Virus record (IMG/VR): IMGVR_UViG_3300030110_004304
Location: 27,346-91,345 of that record
Origin: a virus
Length of the DNA: 64,000 bases
Direction: 5' to 3' (one strand)
The notes under the pieces: generated by a model
What the model saw: the letters and a program-made list of their open reading frames with translations, nothing else
Database searches by the model: none
Told to the model about the DNA's origin: nothing
Shown: positions 47,230 to 57,158 of the stretch, piece by piece
Position numbering within the stretch: the stretch's first letter is position 1
How the letters are laid out: every line of letters begins with the position of its first letter
Translations under genes and position numbers: made by a program

Positions 47230-48241
47230 TTATTCTTCTTTTTAAACATTTATAAAACTCTTCTTTAGCATTTTCAATACCTATAACTTTCACTAAATCT
47301 GAAAAGTCAGTAACTTCATCATATTTAGGCATAAAAAAATGAGGGATGTGATACTTTTCTGTAAATTCTACAGATAGTTTTTCACCAGCTTTATCATTAT
47401 CAAAAAGACAGATTACTTCTTTAAATCTTCGTTTATATTCGTCCATAACAGACTGCTTCATCAACACAGATTCTGACTGCAAACCAATTGCAGTAATATT
47501 CACGACATCGTGAAGACTCATTACATCTTTTAAAGATTTAGTAATGATTAAAAGATCTCCAGATTCAGGCAATTGCCTATATCCTTGGTGAACACTATAA
47601 TTTGCATTATTTATCCACTTAAATCTTTTGTTATATGGTTGATAGATTTTATAAGAAATAATATTATCCTTAACTTCTTGATAAGAGTAAGCAAGTTTTT
47701 CTAATTTAACAGCTTTGCCATTATAAAAGACATAACTTATAGGAGCAACATTGTATTTAATAAGAGTTTTCTTTCTTATACCAAATTGCTTCCAATAGTT
47801 TGCATCGTGTTTATTGCACGGTCTTTTCTTAATCCCTATTTTTATTCTCTCTTTTGAGAAAGATTTTTTTATATTTTTTAATTTTTTACTTCTTTCTGCC
47901 GTAATATTTAAGTTTGCTAATCCAAAATCACAAGCTATTTTCAAAATTGCACTTTTATAACTAAGGTTAAATAACTTAGAAACAAAAACTATACAATCGC
48001 CACAGTCTTTAGTAGCAAAATCAGAAAACATCAGTATACTAGTCTTTGCTCTATGATAATATAATCCAAAAGAAGGCACATCATCTTGTCTTAGCGGACT
48101 ACAAAAAAGTTTTCTTCTATTTGTAGTTATATCCTCTCCTAGATAAAAAGAGTATATATCTTCTTGATTAATTATCTTGAATAATTCTTCTTTAGCGAAT
48201 TTTTCATTATAGATAATCGAATTTAAGTCTATTTTATCCAT
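47210..48241 (-). CDS. DNA primase (crAss-type, TOPRIM)
   Basis: SPLRQDDVPSF, IITKSLKDVM, FDNDKAG, DFSD. Confidence 0.85.
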   Translation of the reverse strand: MDKIDLNSIIYNEKFAKEELFKIINQEDIYSFYLGEDITTNRRKLFCSPLRQDDVPSFGLYYHRAKTSILMFSDFATKDCGDCIVFVSKLFNLSYKSAILKIACDFGLANLNITAERSKKLKNIKKSFSKERIKIGIKKRPCNKHDANYWKQFGIRKKTLIKYNVAPISYVFYNGKAVKLEKLAYSYQEVKDNIISYKIYQPYNKRFKWINNANYSVHQGYRQLPESGDLLIITKSLKDVMSLHDVVNITAIGLQSESVLMKQSVMDEYKRRFKEVICLFDNDKAGEKLSVEFTEKYHIPHFFMPKYDEVTDFSDLVKVIGIENAKEEFYKCLKRRINEVTKK

Positions 48242-48251
48242 AATATAAATT

Positions 48252-48279
48252 AAAAAAGGGAGACATTTCTGCCTCCCTT
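48252..48279 (-). terminator. Intrinsic terminator
   Basis: Minus strand GGGAGGCA-GAAA-TGTCTCCC-TTTTTT. Confidence 0.8.
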
Positions 48280-48291
48280 ATATAACAACAA

Positions 48292-48888
48292 TTACCAATC
48301 GTCACCATCATTAGCTAAAGACTTAGAAGTCCCATTATCCGAAAATACTGGGTCTGCACTGTCTTCAGTTAATCTTTCCATAGCATCAATATTACCTCTT
48401 TTAAGTCTAGTGTTTTCAATAGAAACACTCATAGGCTCAATAAAAGGAACCCAAGAACGAACTTGAATATATTGTTTTACTCCCATAGTAGAACCATAGT
48501 TAGTAAAAACTCTATAGGTATTTTGACCAACTCCTTCTTTAAGAAGCTTCATAACTCCATCTAACATTGCTGTCGGATTAGGAAAATTAGGAAACTCAAA
48601 CTCACTACCATAAACAGCGTGTACTAAGTGTTTAAGAATTTTACCTTGTTTCTGAATTTGTTCATCAACAGTAGCATAATCAGTAGCTTCTTTCACATAC
48701 CAAAATGCAGTATTTACTTCACCTATTCCGTCATCATAAATTAGTTTATAATCAGGAGCATTATCTTTATCTTCTGCCGTTTTTCTCTTTAGAGAGATTT
48801 TTACATTTTCTACGATACCTGCCGTACCGTTGTTAAAAATTGAAACATTTGATCCTCCATTAAAGGAGTCATCATTTAAATTAATCAT
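48292..48888 (-). CDS. Putative single-stranded DNA-binding protein
   Basis: Acidic C-terminus ending DGDDW; located between the Sak4-like ATPase and the primase. Confidence 0.55.
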   Translation of the reverse strand: MINLNDDSFNGGSNVSIFNNGTAGIVENVKISLKRKTAEDKDNAPDYKLIYDDGIGEVNTAFWYVKEATDYATVDEQIQKQGKILKHLVHAVYGSEFEFPNFPNPTAMLDGVMKLLKEGVGQNTYRVFTNYGSTMGVKQYIQVRSWVPFIEPMSVSIENTRLKRGNIDAMERLTEDSADPVFSDNGTSKSLANDGDDW

Positions 48889-48915
48889 ACTTTAAATTTT
48901 AAAAATTAATAATTA

Positions 48916-49461
48916 TTACCATTGTTCATCTAAAGAAGGCTCTGCATCTTCAGAAATTACTTTATTTTCTACTACTACAGCTTCTTCTACTTCTTCTACC
49001 GAATTACTAGGAACTTCTGTCACTTCGTCTAAAACGACAGGTTCTTCTTTCACAATCGTTTCATTAGTATAAGAAACATACTTTAAGAAATTATTAGAAC
49101 CTGCGATACCTTCTACTAAGTTAAAATGTAAATCATTTTCAACATTAGTATCCAATTCTAGGATTCTAGCAATGTACTCAAAAGTCCTCTTATCTCTTAT
49201 ACCATAACTTTTATTTAGTATAAAAGTAGTCGGAGTAGCAGTATCAAAAGGAGCCACTACTATTTCATTGTTAGGCATAAAACCAAAAGCAATGTTAGTA
49301 TTACCCCCTACTAAGTTTAAGGCAGCAATAGCTGCTTTATTAAACTGCAATTTTCTCCCTGCTCCCTTTTTATTAAGAGCACTCATTGTAATAACAGGAG
49401 TGTTATATTTTTCTTCCTTCTTTTTATTGAGGGAAGGAACTCCCCAATGTACTTGTTCCAT
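48916..49461 (-). CDS. Hypothetical protein with an acidic tail
   Basis: 181 aa; Glu/Val-rich C-terminus ending in Trp. Confidence 0.65.
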   Translation of the reverse strand: MEQVHWGVPSLNKKKEEKYNTPVITMSALNKKGAGRKLQFNKAAIAALNLVGGNTNIAFGFMPNNEIVVAPFDTATPTTFILNKSYGIRDKRTFEYIARILELDTNVENDLHFNLVEGIAGSNNFLKYVSYTNETIVKEEPVVLDEVTEVPSNSVEEVEEAVVVENKVISEDAEPSLDEQW

Positions 49462-49485
49462 ATTATTTATTTTTATGGTTTATAA

Positions 49486-50160
49486 TTAAATCCCGTAATA
49501 ATCTTTGATAGCATCGCTAACAAGGACTAAATCATTATCTATTGCTTCTTCCTCAAACATCTCCATAGGAGTCTTGCAAGTATTAGCTCCAGAGTTCACA
49601 GTTCTAAAGATGTGCTTATTAGCTTTTCCAGGTGCTTTTTCTATATCTGCATATAACACTATAGAACTAAAGCTTTCTGGACAGAATTTCTCTAGCTGTT
49701 TACCTTGTACACTAATTCTCTCTCTTGCAAACCCATCCTCATCATAATGGGTTTCGGGATGACAAATAGCATAGACGATGATATCGTCACGTAGCTTCTC
49801 ATTGATAGTATTTATCAAGTCATATTGTGATGCTGAAAATTTACCCCACTTCTCAAAACCTTTAGCAGATCTAAAATTGGGATGCATTACAGCGTCAGTC
49901 ATAATCCTCGTCCATGTATCAACGATAACATATTTTATCTTGGGATTTTTGTGTGCTTCTTTCAACTTTTCCATAACGGAAGGCATGTCAGAAGACTTTA
50001 CATAATTACCTTTGCTATCATTATACTTTTCATTGAACTTTTTGAAGGGTAACGCTTTCTGGTCTGTATTAATCCAGAGCGTTTCTTCGGGGTTTAAGTT
50101 CCTACCGGAGGTAGATTTCCCCATACCTGATTTTCCAACCAGGAAACATAATTGTGCCAT
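49486..50160 (-). CDS. AAA_24 / Sak4-like ATPase
   Basis: Walker A GKSGMGKST, Walker B VIVDT, CKTPMEMF. Confidence 0.85.
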   Translation of the reverse strand: MAQLCFLVGKSGMGKSTSGRNLNPEETLWINTDQKALPFKKFNEKYNDSKGNYVKSSDMPSVMEKLKEAHKNPKIKYVIVDTWTRIMTDAVMHPNFRSAKGFEKWGKFSASQYDLINTINEKLRDDIIVYAICHPETHYDEDGFARERISVQGKQLEKFCPESFSSIVLYADIEKAPGKANKHIFRTVNSGANTCKTPMEMFEEEAIDNDLVLVSDAIKDYYGI

Positions 50161-50193
50161 AAATTTTTGATTTTTTGTTGTTTAACCTCTATA

Positions 50194-50206
50194 TAAAGAT
50201 ACGAAA
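50194..50206 (-). promoter_or_regulatory. Possible Bacteroidota-type -7 element
   Basis: Minus strand TTTCGTATCTTTA, one mismatch from TAnnTTTG, in the intergenic gap. Confidence 0.3.
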
Positions 50207-50214
50207 ATTAGTCA

Positions 50215-51303
50215 TTATTTCCTATCTGAATTTGTTGTTTCTACCTTGCCATAAGCCATGATTTTCCTTATTAAATTAGGGTTGTTTTCAAGATCCTTCG
50301 CAGGAGGAAGTTCCTTAAATTTACCTACTTCGCCTAGGAAGTGCATGCCTACAACTAGACCATCCATTCCGTCTCTATTTTTTAAAATATGATTGGAACG
50401 ATATCGTCTTTGTAAAAGTGTAATAGGGTATCCCCTATGCTTTTCCATACCATATTTAAATGGATGAAAAAGTGCCATAACTGTGTTAGCATCTTCTTGA
50501 GTAGCACCAGTGTCTTTAAAATCAGACAGTTGAGGTTCTTGAGAATCATTTTCCTTACGGTCCATACCCTCTATGCCTCTATTAAACTGTGAAACTACTA
50601 CAGGAGAAAACTTACACATGTTTCTAAAATATACTAATATTTTAGATGCTCTATCTATTGCTTTCTTTTTATTACCCTGGTCTTCTTTATTACCTTCTAT
50701 TAGACCAATATGATCTATAATAACTAAAGTAATAAGAAAAGGGTCTTTGGGAATATACTGAATAACTATGTTATCATCGTTACGTACAAAAGTACCACGA
50801 GCTTCTGCATAGTCCATCAAGTCTTTATATAAATAATTAGGGCTCATACTGCTCCTAAAAAATAAAGTTCTTTTTTGCATTTCATCAAAGTAACCTTCAT
50901 AAGTATCTAAAATATCTAGTACTTTTTTAGGAACCTTATGATTCCCTTTACTATATATTTGATTTACGTTAGTTAGTATACCGTGATCTTCCCAAATCTT
51001 TCGGGCAACAAATTTAGCTAATTTTACTGTGGGCTCTATTTCTAAAGAATAGTAGATTATCTCAAGTTTGTAAAAAGAGTCATTATTTTGTAAATAATCA
51101 TAAGGATGAAACACATAAGCAGAATCGACTAAAGCAGTTTTACCTGTTCCAGTTGCTCCTCCTATAGTATCATATCTTCCTTGTTGAATGTTGCAGACAT
51201 GCGTAGTGAGTCTATTAAACCCCATTGTTAGTCCTACATTATATCCCTTTTTACCTCTATCAATCTCTTTTTTTAAATTATCCCATACTCTTATTTCGTT
51301 CAT
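50215..51303 (-). CDS. dnaB: Replicative DnaB-like (SF4) helicase
   Basis: GATGTGKT, YSLE, IIDHIGL, SQFNR, PQLSDFKDTG..QEDA, KNRDG. Confidence 0.9.
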   Translation of the reverse strand: MNEIRVWDNLKKEIDRGKKGYNVGLTMGFNRLTTHVCNIQQGRYDTIGGATGTGKTALVDSAYVFHPYDYLQNNDSFYKLEIIYYSLEIEPTVKLAKFVARKIWEDHGILTNVNQIYSKGNHKVPKKVLDILDTYEGYFDEMQKRTLFFRSSMSPNYLYKDLMDYAEARGTFVRNDDNIVIQYIPKDPFLITLVIIDHIGLIEGNKEDQGNKKKAIDRASKILVYFRNMCKFSPVVVSQFNRGIEGMDRKENDSQEPQLSDFKDTGATQEDANTVMALFHPFKYGMEKHRGYPITLLQRRYRSNHILKNRDGMDGLVVGMHFLGEVGKFKELPPAKDLENNPNLIRKIMAYGKVETTNSDRK

Positions 51304-51574
51304 AAGCTTCTTGTAATTCTTGGAATGTTTGTTTATATTTTTGCTGTCCTTCTTCGTCTAAACTAGAATACCAAGGAAGAAATTGACCACCATTAATTTT
51401 AAGAACGGTTTCTTTATCCACAGACTTAGCTGCCTCTTTCAACATTTTAAATCTTTCTAGTTTACTTTCCATAGATCTACATCCTTCGTATTGTCCATAA
51501 GGACCTTCCGTGAAGATTCTAGCAAATTCCATAACCAAAGCATCCGTCCATTTAAAGGATTCGTCTTTCGCCAT
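51278..51574 (-). CDS. Hypothetical protein
   Basis: In operon. Confidence 0.6.
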   Translation of the reverse strand: MAKDESFKWTDALVMEFARIFTEGPYGQYEGCRSMESKLERFKMLKEAAKSVDKETVLKINGGQFLPWYSSLDEEGQQKYKQTFQELQEAYERNKSMG

Positions 51575-51575
51575 T

Positions 51576-51767
51576 TTAATTATTTTTTACGGTGATTTTA
51601 TTTTTGATTTTCTCTAAACAATATATCTCTTCTAACCAGATAGCAGTTTTCGTAGCATCTTCCTGTCTTTCTATAACAGAATATAAGTTATACATTCTAT
51701 CTTCTATAGCTTTGCTCAAAGCATCGTGCTCTGTTTTAGACAGTTCTATGGTATCATTACTACTCAT
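51576..51767 (-). CDS. Hypothetical protein
   Basis: In operon. Confidence 0.55.
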   Translation of the reverse strand: MSSNDTIELSKTEHDALSKAIEDRMYNLYSVIERQEDATKTAIWLEEIYCLEKIKNKITVKNN

Positions 51768-51966
51768 TTTCGATAATGTTTATTCTATTTAATCTATACC
51801 AATGTCCTATTTCTAGTTTATCCTTAGTCACAATGACTTCAATATCGCCAGTTTTAGGGTTATGCATGTGATATAAATTTACTTGTAATTCTGATACTAC
51901 CTGATACTTAGAACAGTTTGTAAAGATTAACAAAGCAAATAATATTAACAGAATAAATTTCTTCAT
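51760..51966 (-). CDS. Small lipoprotein
   Basis: MKK + hydrophobic stretch + FTNC lipobox-like site. Confidence 0.65.
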   Translation of the reverse strand: MKKFILLILFALLIFTNCSKYQVVSELQVNLYHMHNPKTGDIEVIVTKDKLEIGHWYRLNRINIIENE

Positions 51967-51990
51967 CTTCCTAAGTTAGTAAATTTTGAG

Positions 51991-52296
51991 TTAGTTTTTA
52001 GAATTAGGTCCATTATATTTCCAAACATATTCCGGACTTCCATACTCTCCAAGAACTTTATCTTCTGTTTTTAATAGATGACCAGTATACGTTAAGTTAC
52101 TGATAGCTCTTCTGACAGAAGTTAGCGGCCATTTAAGACATTCTCTTCGTATTATCTTATTTACTTGAGAAGGTGAATACTTTTTTCCTTGTTTAAAAAT
52201 TTCTAAAATAACACTTTCTTGCGATAAGGAAGTATCTATTGCCTTCTTTAATTTACTACCTGTTAAATTGGTAGTATTGTGATAGTTTTTTGCCAT
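51991..52296 (-). CDS. Winged-HTH-like DNA-binding protein
   Basis: ILEIF...SPSQV...PLTSVRRAISNL...GHL. Confidence 0.6.
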   Translation of the reverse strand: MAKNYHNTTNLTGSKLKKAIDTSLSQESVILEIFKQGKKYSPSQVNKIIRRECLKWPLTSVRRAISNLTYTGHLLKTEDKVLGEYGSPEYVWKYNGPNSKN

Positions 52297-52299
52297 ATC

Positions 52300-52506
52300 T
52301 TATTTTTTTTCGTTAAAAATTCTTATTTTATCTACTAGCCATTCAAAATCAGAATGTTTTCTAGTAGCCAGTAATCTGAAAGATATTTCATCAGCCAGTT
52401 TTCTATATTTTATTTCATTTTTTCTCTCCTTTCTTTTTTTATTAAAATAAATATTATCGAAGTATTTTATTAGTGTCAGTATTATATAGTTAAAATATCC
52501 TCTCAT
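52300..52506 (-). CDS. Hypothetical protein
   Basis: In operon. Confidence 0.5.
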   Translation of the reverse strand: MRGYFNYIILTLIKYFDNIYFNKKRKERKNEIKYRKLADEISFRLLATRKHSDFEWLVDKIRIFNEKK

Positions 52507-52518
52507 CTTCTTTTGGTT

Positions 52519-53073
52519 TTAAATTGTTGTTGTATTCCAATCAGCACCTTCTTTCCCAACAGTTTGTATAAATACTTCCCATTGTTCCCACAATGCATTA
52601 TTCAAAACAGTCTCCATAGCAGGAAGATACTGAAGCTTACCAACTAATCGTTGTTTAGCTACAAATGCTTCAGTAGCTTTTACAGCCATTTCATGATCTT
52701 TTTTAGTTCTAACTTTTAGAAAATACTTTTTCTCATGTTTAATAGCTAACTGACTTTCAGGATTAGCAGCCCTTAAAACTCTATTATTATGTCTTATAGG
52801 GTAGGCGTTGTAAAATTCCCAGAAGTTGACCTTATCAGATCTAACTCCTAGCAATTTCCCAACATTAGACTTACTGATTGCTGTATCTTTAAACTTAGTT
52901 TTTTCAGTCAATAAATATTTAGTAGAAATAAGGCTATCCCTTATAAGAAGAGCCTCTTTCTTTCCAAATAATTTTTCGATTTTTGTAAACTGTTTATCAT
53001 ACAGCAATGCTAGTAAAACATATTGATTAGGAAGTATATTATTCCTAATTAGTCTATTCACATCTATGTTCAT
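52519..53073 (-). CDS. Putative replication-initiator-like protein
   Basis: FWEFYNAYP and YL....VLNN..WE patterns resemble phage replication proteins. Confidence 0.45.
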   Translation of the reverse strand: MNIDVNRLIRNNILPNQYVLLALLYDKQFTKIEKLFGKKEALLIRDSLISTKYLLTEKTKFKDTAISKSNVGKLLGVRSDKVNFWEFYNAYPIRHNNRVLRAANPESQLAIKHEKKYFLKVRTKKDHEMAVKATEAFVAKQRLVGKLQYLPAMETVLNNALWEQWEVFIQTVGKEGADWNTTTI

Positions 53074-53143
53074 TGTTCTAAGTATTTAGTCATACCTAAT
53101 ATAAAGAACATCCATAATGCAAATAAATAAAGACCATAAGCCT

Positions 53144-54361
53144 CTATGAATCGAATAATTTTGTTTCGCATGTTTCTTGTATTTTAAATTGATTAATAAA
53201 TTCACTTAAAGTTAAATCAGTAATAAGGCTAGGATGTATATCTAATAAACGTTTACGCATCCATTTTTCTTCTTGCGTATTAGGACTATATAGATTTACA
53301 ATAACAGCATGTTTACCATCCTGATATCTAACTACCCTTCCTAATTGCTGGATCATAGTACGTTTAGTCGAATTACTGCCTGCTATTATACCAATAGAAC
53401 AATGAGGGACATTAAATCCCTCATTCAAAGCTTGGACAGAGCTCAAAAAACGAACCTTAGTCCTCTTATCTTTGAATCTTTTTATTACCTCAGTCTGCTC
53501 TTTCTTTTTAAGCTTACTATGAAAAGTCATAGAAATATCACCAAGCTTATCTTGGAGACTATCTGCAAATTCAGTAGTAGCACTGAATATAAGGCCATTC
53601 TTTTCAGGAAATAAATCTACAATGCTTTTGACAGCATTAATTTTGTTCGAATTATTCAAACAAACTTTCTTTCTACTTCTCATAGAGTTGTAGTAAGCAG
53701 CAGCTTGTCCAGCTAACTGTTTATTATCAGATTTAATCCATTCCTGAGCAGTACGAAAAGCTTCCGCTCCTCTGCCTAATTGTGCAGCAAAATGCTTAAA
53801 AGAATTATCAGCTTTCTTATATAATAATAATTCTTCAGATGTTAGGTTAACGGCAACGTTATACACCCTATAAGGACTTATCCAACCTTCATCTAGAGCC
53901 TCATTAACACTAATTTCATCAAACACAGATAAATACTGTAATATTATAGTATGAAAGCCATCCTCTCTTTCAAGAGTAGCTGTCAGCCCCATAATAAACT
54001 TATAAGATGCTTTTTCGAAAATCTTTCTAAAAGTATCTGCAGCATATCTATGTATTTCATCCAGTATTAAGAAATCTACATTATGTTGGTGTTTAATAGC
54101 AGTATTAATTACTAATACTTCTGCTATTTTAATTTTGCTTTTTGAAAGCTCTTGTTCCCATTGCTTTTTCAGTTCTATTGTTGGAACAATAACAAGTACT
54201 GATTTTATATTTGCTTTTTTGACCATTCCTTTAATGGCCATCAAAGCTGTAAAAGTTTTACCGAAACCAGTAGGGTATTGTGCAATACCCTTAAAATTAC
54301 TAGCTCTCCACTTTCGTAAACCTTCTATCTGTCTATTTGTTCTTCCTATATTTGGCTTCAT
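53144..54361 (-). CDS. Superfamily 2 (DExH) helicase
   Basis: PTGFGKT, LDEIH, GLTAT, LNEGFNVP, QQLGRVVR. Confidence 0.92.
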   Translation of the reverse strand: MKPNIGRTNRQIEGLRKWRASNFKGIAQYPTGFGKTFTALMAIKGMVKKANIKSVLVIVPTIELKKQWEQELSKSKIKIAEVLVINTAIKHQHNVDFLILDEIHRYAADTFRKIFEKASYKFIMGLTATLEREDGFHTIILQYLSVFDEISVNEALDEGWISPYRVYNVAVNLTSEELLLYKKADNSFKHFAAQLGRGAEAFRTAQEWIKSDNKQLAGQAAAYYNSMRSRKKVCLNNSNKINAVKSIVDLFPEKNGLIFSATTEFADSLQDKLGDISMTFHSKLKKKEQTEVIKRFKDKRTKVRFLSSVQALNEGFNVPHCSIGIIAGSNSTKRTMIQQLGRVVRYQDGKHAVIVNLYSPNTQEEKWMRKRLLDIHPSLITDLTLSEFINQFKIQETCETKLFDS

Positions 54362-54597
54362 TACATTATTGGTTTATCCATCGCAACCATTTCTATATGG
54401 CTTTCCGGTAATTTATATATACTCATGAGTTCAATCATCTCAGCATTAGTCATACGAGATAATGTCCCACATCTATCAATAAGAGGAAGTTTCTCTTCCC
54501 CATCTTGTGTATCAAATACCTGGAAAAAATAACCAAGTGACCTATCAGAACCATAAACTATCTCTCTTCCGTCTACTTGTTTGATATATTTACTCAT
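54361..54597 (-). CDS. Hypothetical protein
   Basis: YG.D...GYFFQV pattern; stop/start coupled to the helicase gene. Confidence 0.65.
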   Translation of the reverse strand: MSKYIKQVDGREIVYGSDRSLGYFFQVFDTQDGEEKLPLIDRCGTLSRMTNAEMIELMSIYKLPESHIEMVAMDKPIM

Positions 54598-54599
54598 AT

Positions 54600-54758
54600 T
54601 TATAATTTAGTAGGCCCAGGATAATTATGTAGAGGTTTTTTTCTTTTTGCTTTTCTAATGATTATTCTAGCTGATTTTCCTAAATCAGCATCATTAGGGT
54701 GCAAATCCTCCATAATAATTATCGACTTAGCCAGCATAATTAGCTCGTCATCATTCAT
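54600..54758 (-). CDS. 52-aa protein with a PNDADLGK motif (not in ORF track)
   Basis: MNDDELIMLAKSIIIMEDLHPNDADLGKSARIII...TKL*; fills the operon gap exactly. Confidence 0.65.
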   Translation of the reverse strand: MNDDELIMLAKSIIIMEDLHPNDADLGKSARIIIRKAKRKKPLHNYPGPTKL

Positions 54759-54987
54759 AAAATTCAGTTTTACATTTTAAAAGTTCTCCGCATTTTTCAT
54801 AATCCTCTCTGTCTTCAGATTCAAAATAATCTATTACAGATTGAATATCTTCATTATCATAAACAAAAGGATTAAAGGGAAAAAACAATACATCAAGATC
54901 AGCCTCGATAATTTCATCGATATCATACTTACCAGTAATTAACCGGTAAGCATTCAACATAGCTACATCTTCATTATATTGTGACAT
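54751..54987 (-). CDS. Hypothetical acidic protein
   Basis: IDYFE...EDYEKC..L motif. Confidence 0.65.
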   Translation of the reverse strand: MSQYNEDVAMLNAYRLITGKYDIDEIIEADLDVLFFPFNPFVYDNEDIQSVIDYFESEDREDYEKCGELLKCKTEFYE

Positions 54988-54991
54988 ATCA

Positions 54992-57004
54992 TTAGTGGGC
55001 CCAAACTTTAGTTATACAAGGTTCAGCCTTCAATTTTATTGTTTTACAAAATCTGTCACCTGCTTTCTCCATACAATTTTTAAGAAGCTCCGCCATTTCA
55101 TTAGCAATAGACTTATCACATTCTAAATGTAACTCATCATGTACTACATTAGGCATTAGCACCTTAAATAATAACCCCCTCTTTTTTAATTCTCTGAAAG
55201 CATAAATGCCAGCTAGTTTAGTAATATCAGCAGAACTACCCTGTATAGGATAATTTAAAGACATTCTTTCCATGTCTCCCTTCTTCATAAAATATTCTCT
55301 AACTAGAGGTTTCAGCTCATTGTTAAAAAGATCAGTATTGCCGAGTTTTTCTTGTTTATATTTAGCCCAAAATCCTTTTTCCTGTACTGTTTTTTCCAGT
55401 CTTTTAAAGTCTTCATAAAACCATATAAAACATTTTCTCTTGCTTACTTCGTTAAACTCTATATAACCTAAATTTAAGACTTTTTGTTTCTCTTTCCTAA
55501 AATATAATGACAATCCAGGGAAAGCTTTAAAGTAGGCTTCATATACTTCTTCTCCTTTATTCAAAGGTAATGATAAATTCTGTGCTATAGTAATTCCAGT
55601 ACCCCCGTAATTAATAGCAAAGCCAGCTCCTTTAGCAATTTGTCTTTTATCTTTATGTAGTTTTTTTATATCAGCCAAGCTAACATCATTTAACTCTAAA
55701 AATATTTTAGAAGCAACAAAAGAATGCATATCTCCCATACCTTTTTCATAAAAATCAAGTAAGTCTACATCTTTAGATTTGTTAGCCAATACAATTTGCT
55801 CCTGGCCACTATAATCAGATACTATTAAAGTATTTGTATTAGTATTCTGAGCAGTAAAACAATTTCTAGTCCTATCATCAGAAGGAATATTTTGCATATT
55901 AGGCTTCTGAGCAATATTCTTTTTCTTGTTTCCTTTTTGACCAGAAGATAATCTACCTGTACTCATAATTTGAGTATAGTTAGTATGTATTCTTCCACTT
56001 ACAGGATTTATATAATCTAAGAAATTGTAACCATAGGTACTGACTTCTTTCTGATATTCTTTATACTTAAGATAAATTTTTACAAGCTTAAATTTCTCTT
56101 TCTGAGAAGTTAAAACCTTTTTATCTACAGAGTCTTTCATAAGACCACTAACTTTATCCTTAACTTGAGTATTTACTCCCAATCTTTTCATCAAAGGAAT
56201 TACTTGTTTCTCACTATTCCAATTAATATTACAACTCACACCTTCTTCAAATAAAGTCAGCTGTTGATTAATAAACTCTGGATATGTATCACTGTTTTCT
56301 AGAATATAACCATCTAAAAGATCTTTTACTGATTTCATGTTAGCTTTATCCTCATCACATTTTTTACTCCATTTCTCTGTGTCTAGAAATACGCCACAAT
56401 ATTCAATATACGCCAATACAGAAACATAATAATTATCTAAAGAAACAGTCTTAACTAAATCATGTTTCTCTATCTCAACCATTTGCTTCCTTTTTATCTC
56501 ATGTAAATACTTTACATCGTCAGCAGCATATTTTATTACTCTTGTACTTAAACCTTCTTTATGAATTACACCTCTTACAGTCTTATCCATTTCTTTTTTA
56601 CAGTATTTATAAGTAAGAAAATCCAAAGCCCTTCTTGCTCTATCATCACCAGTAGTGAGGATGCGTTCAACAAGCATAGTATCATATATTTTAGTAGGAA
56701 CTATTTTTTTATGATATAGAAATGCTAAATCAAACTTAGCATTTTGCATTAAAATCTCTCTTGTTTCCAATAAAGATTTATACAGTCTAACATCTACTGT
56801 TTTACAATCCACTACGAATTGTGTATCAGCATTGCCAAACTGCACAGAAATTAATCCTTTAGTATAAGGATCAAACCCTTCAGTTTCCGAATCAAATGCA
56901 ATACTATCCCAAGAGGATAACATTTCAAGTGATTCTTTTACTGACAGTATACTATAACCAATAGGATTAAAAGCACTACGTTGGTTAGTTACTAAATAAA
57001 TCAT
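54992..57004 (-). CDS. polA: Family A DNA polymerase with 3'-5' exonuclease
   Basis: Exo FDSET, QNAKFD, YAADD; Pol TGRLSS, PNMQNIP, DYSGQE, RQIAKGAGFAINYG, NYPIQG, VHDE. Confidence 0.95.
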   Translation of the reverse strand: MIYLVTNQRSAFNPIGYSILSVKESLEMLSSWDSIAFDSETEGFDPYTKGLISVQFGNADTQFVVDCKTVDVRLYKSLLETREILMQNAKFDLAFLYHKKIVPTKIYDTMLVERILTTGDDRARRALDFLTYKYCKKEMDKTVRGVIHKEGLSTRVIKYAADDVKYLHEIKRKQMVEIEKHDLVKTVSLDNYYVSVLAYIEYCGVFLDTEKWSKKCDEDKANMKSVKDLLDGYILENSDTYPEFINQQLTLFEEGVSCNINWNSEKQVIPLMKRLGVNTQVKDKVSGLMKDSVDKKVLTSQKEKFKLVKIYLKYKEYQKEVSTYGYNFLDYINPVSGRIHTNYTQIMSTGRLSSGQKGNKKKNIAQKPNMQNIPSDDRTRNCFTAQNTNTNTLIVSDYSGQEQIVLANKSKDVDLLDFYEKGMGDMHSFVASKIFLELNDVSLADIKKLHKDKRQIAKGAGFAINYGGTGITIAQNLSLPLNKGEEVYEAYFKAFPGLSLYFRKEKQKVLNLGYIEFNEVSKRKCFIWFYEDFKRLEKTVQEKGFWAKYKQEKLGNTDLFNNELKPLVREYFMKKGDMERMSLNYPIQGSSADITKLAGIYAFRELKKRGLLFKVLMPNVVHDELHLECDKSIANEMAELLKNCMEKAGDRFCKTIKLKAEPCITKVWAH

Positions 57005-57156
57005 TTTAATATTAAATATGTAATTAACACAACCTGTAAAATTATACTTAGGATAGCCAATTTATAGGCTTTCCTAGCTGTTTCGCTACTTCTCATTAGT
57101 TCTTTTTTTAATGCCTCAACTTCAGTAGCTGAGGCTGCATTAATAAATTCTCTCAT
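57001..57156 (-). CDS. 51-aa protein with a C-terminal TM helix (not in ORF track)
   Basis: MREFINAASATEVEALKKELMRSSETARKAYKLAILSIILQVVLITYLILK*; ATGA coupling to polA. Confidence 0.65.
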   Translation of the reverse strand: MREFINAASATEVEALKKELMRSSETARKAYKLAILSIILQVVLITYLILK

Positions 57157-57158
57157 AA

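Noticed and set aside
54992-57004. Intein or intron in polA, the helicases or the RNAP
   Set aside because: Motifs are contiguous; no intein splice motifs, homing endonuclease signature or frame break seen.
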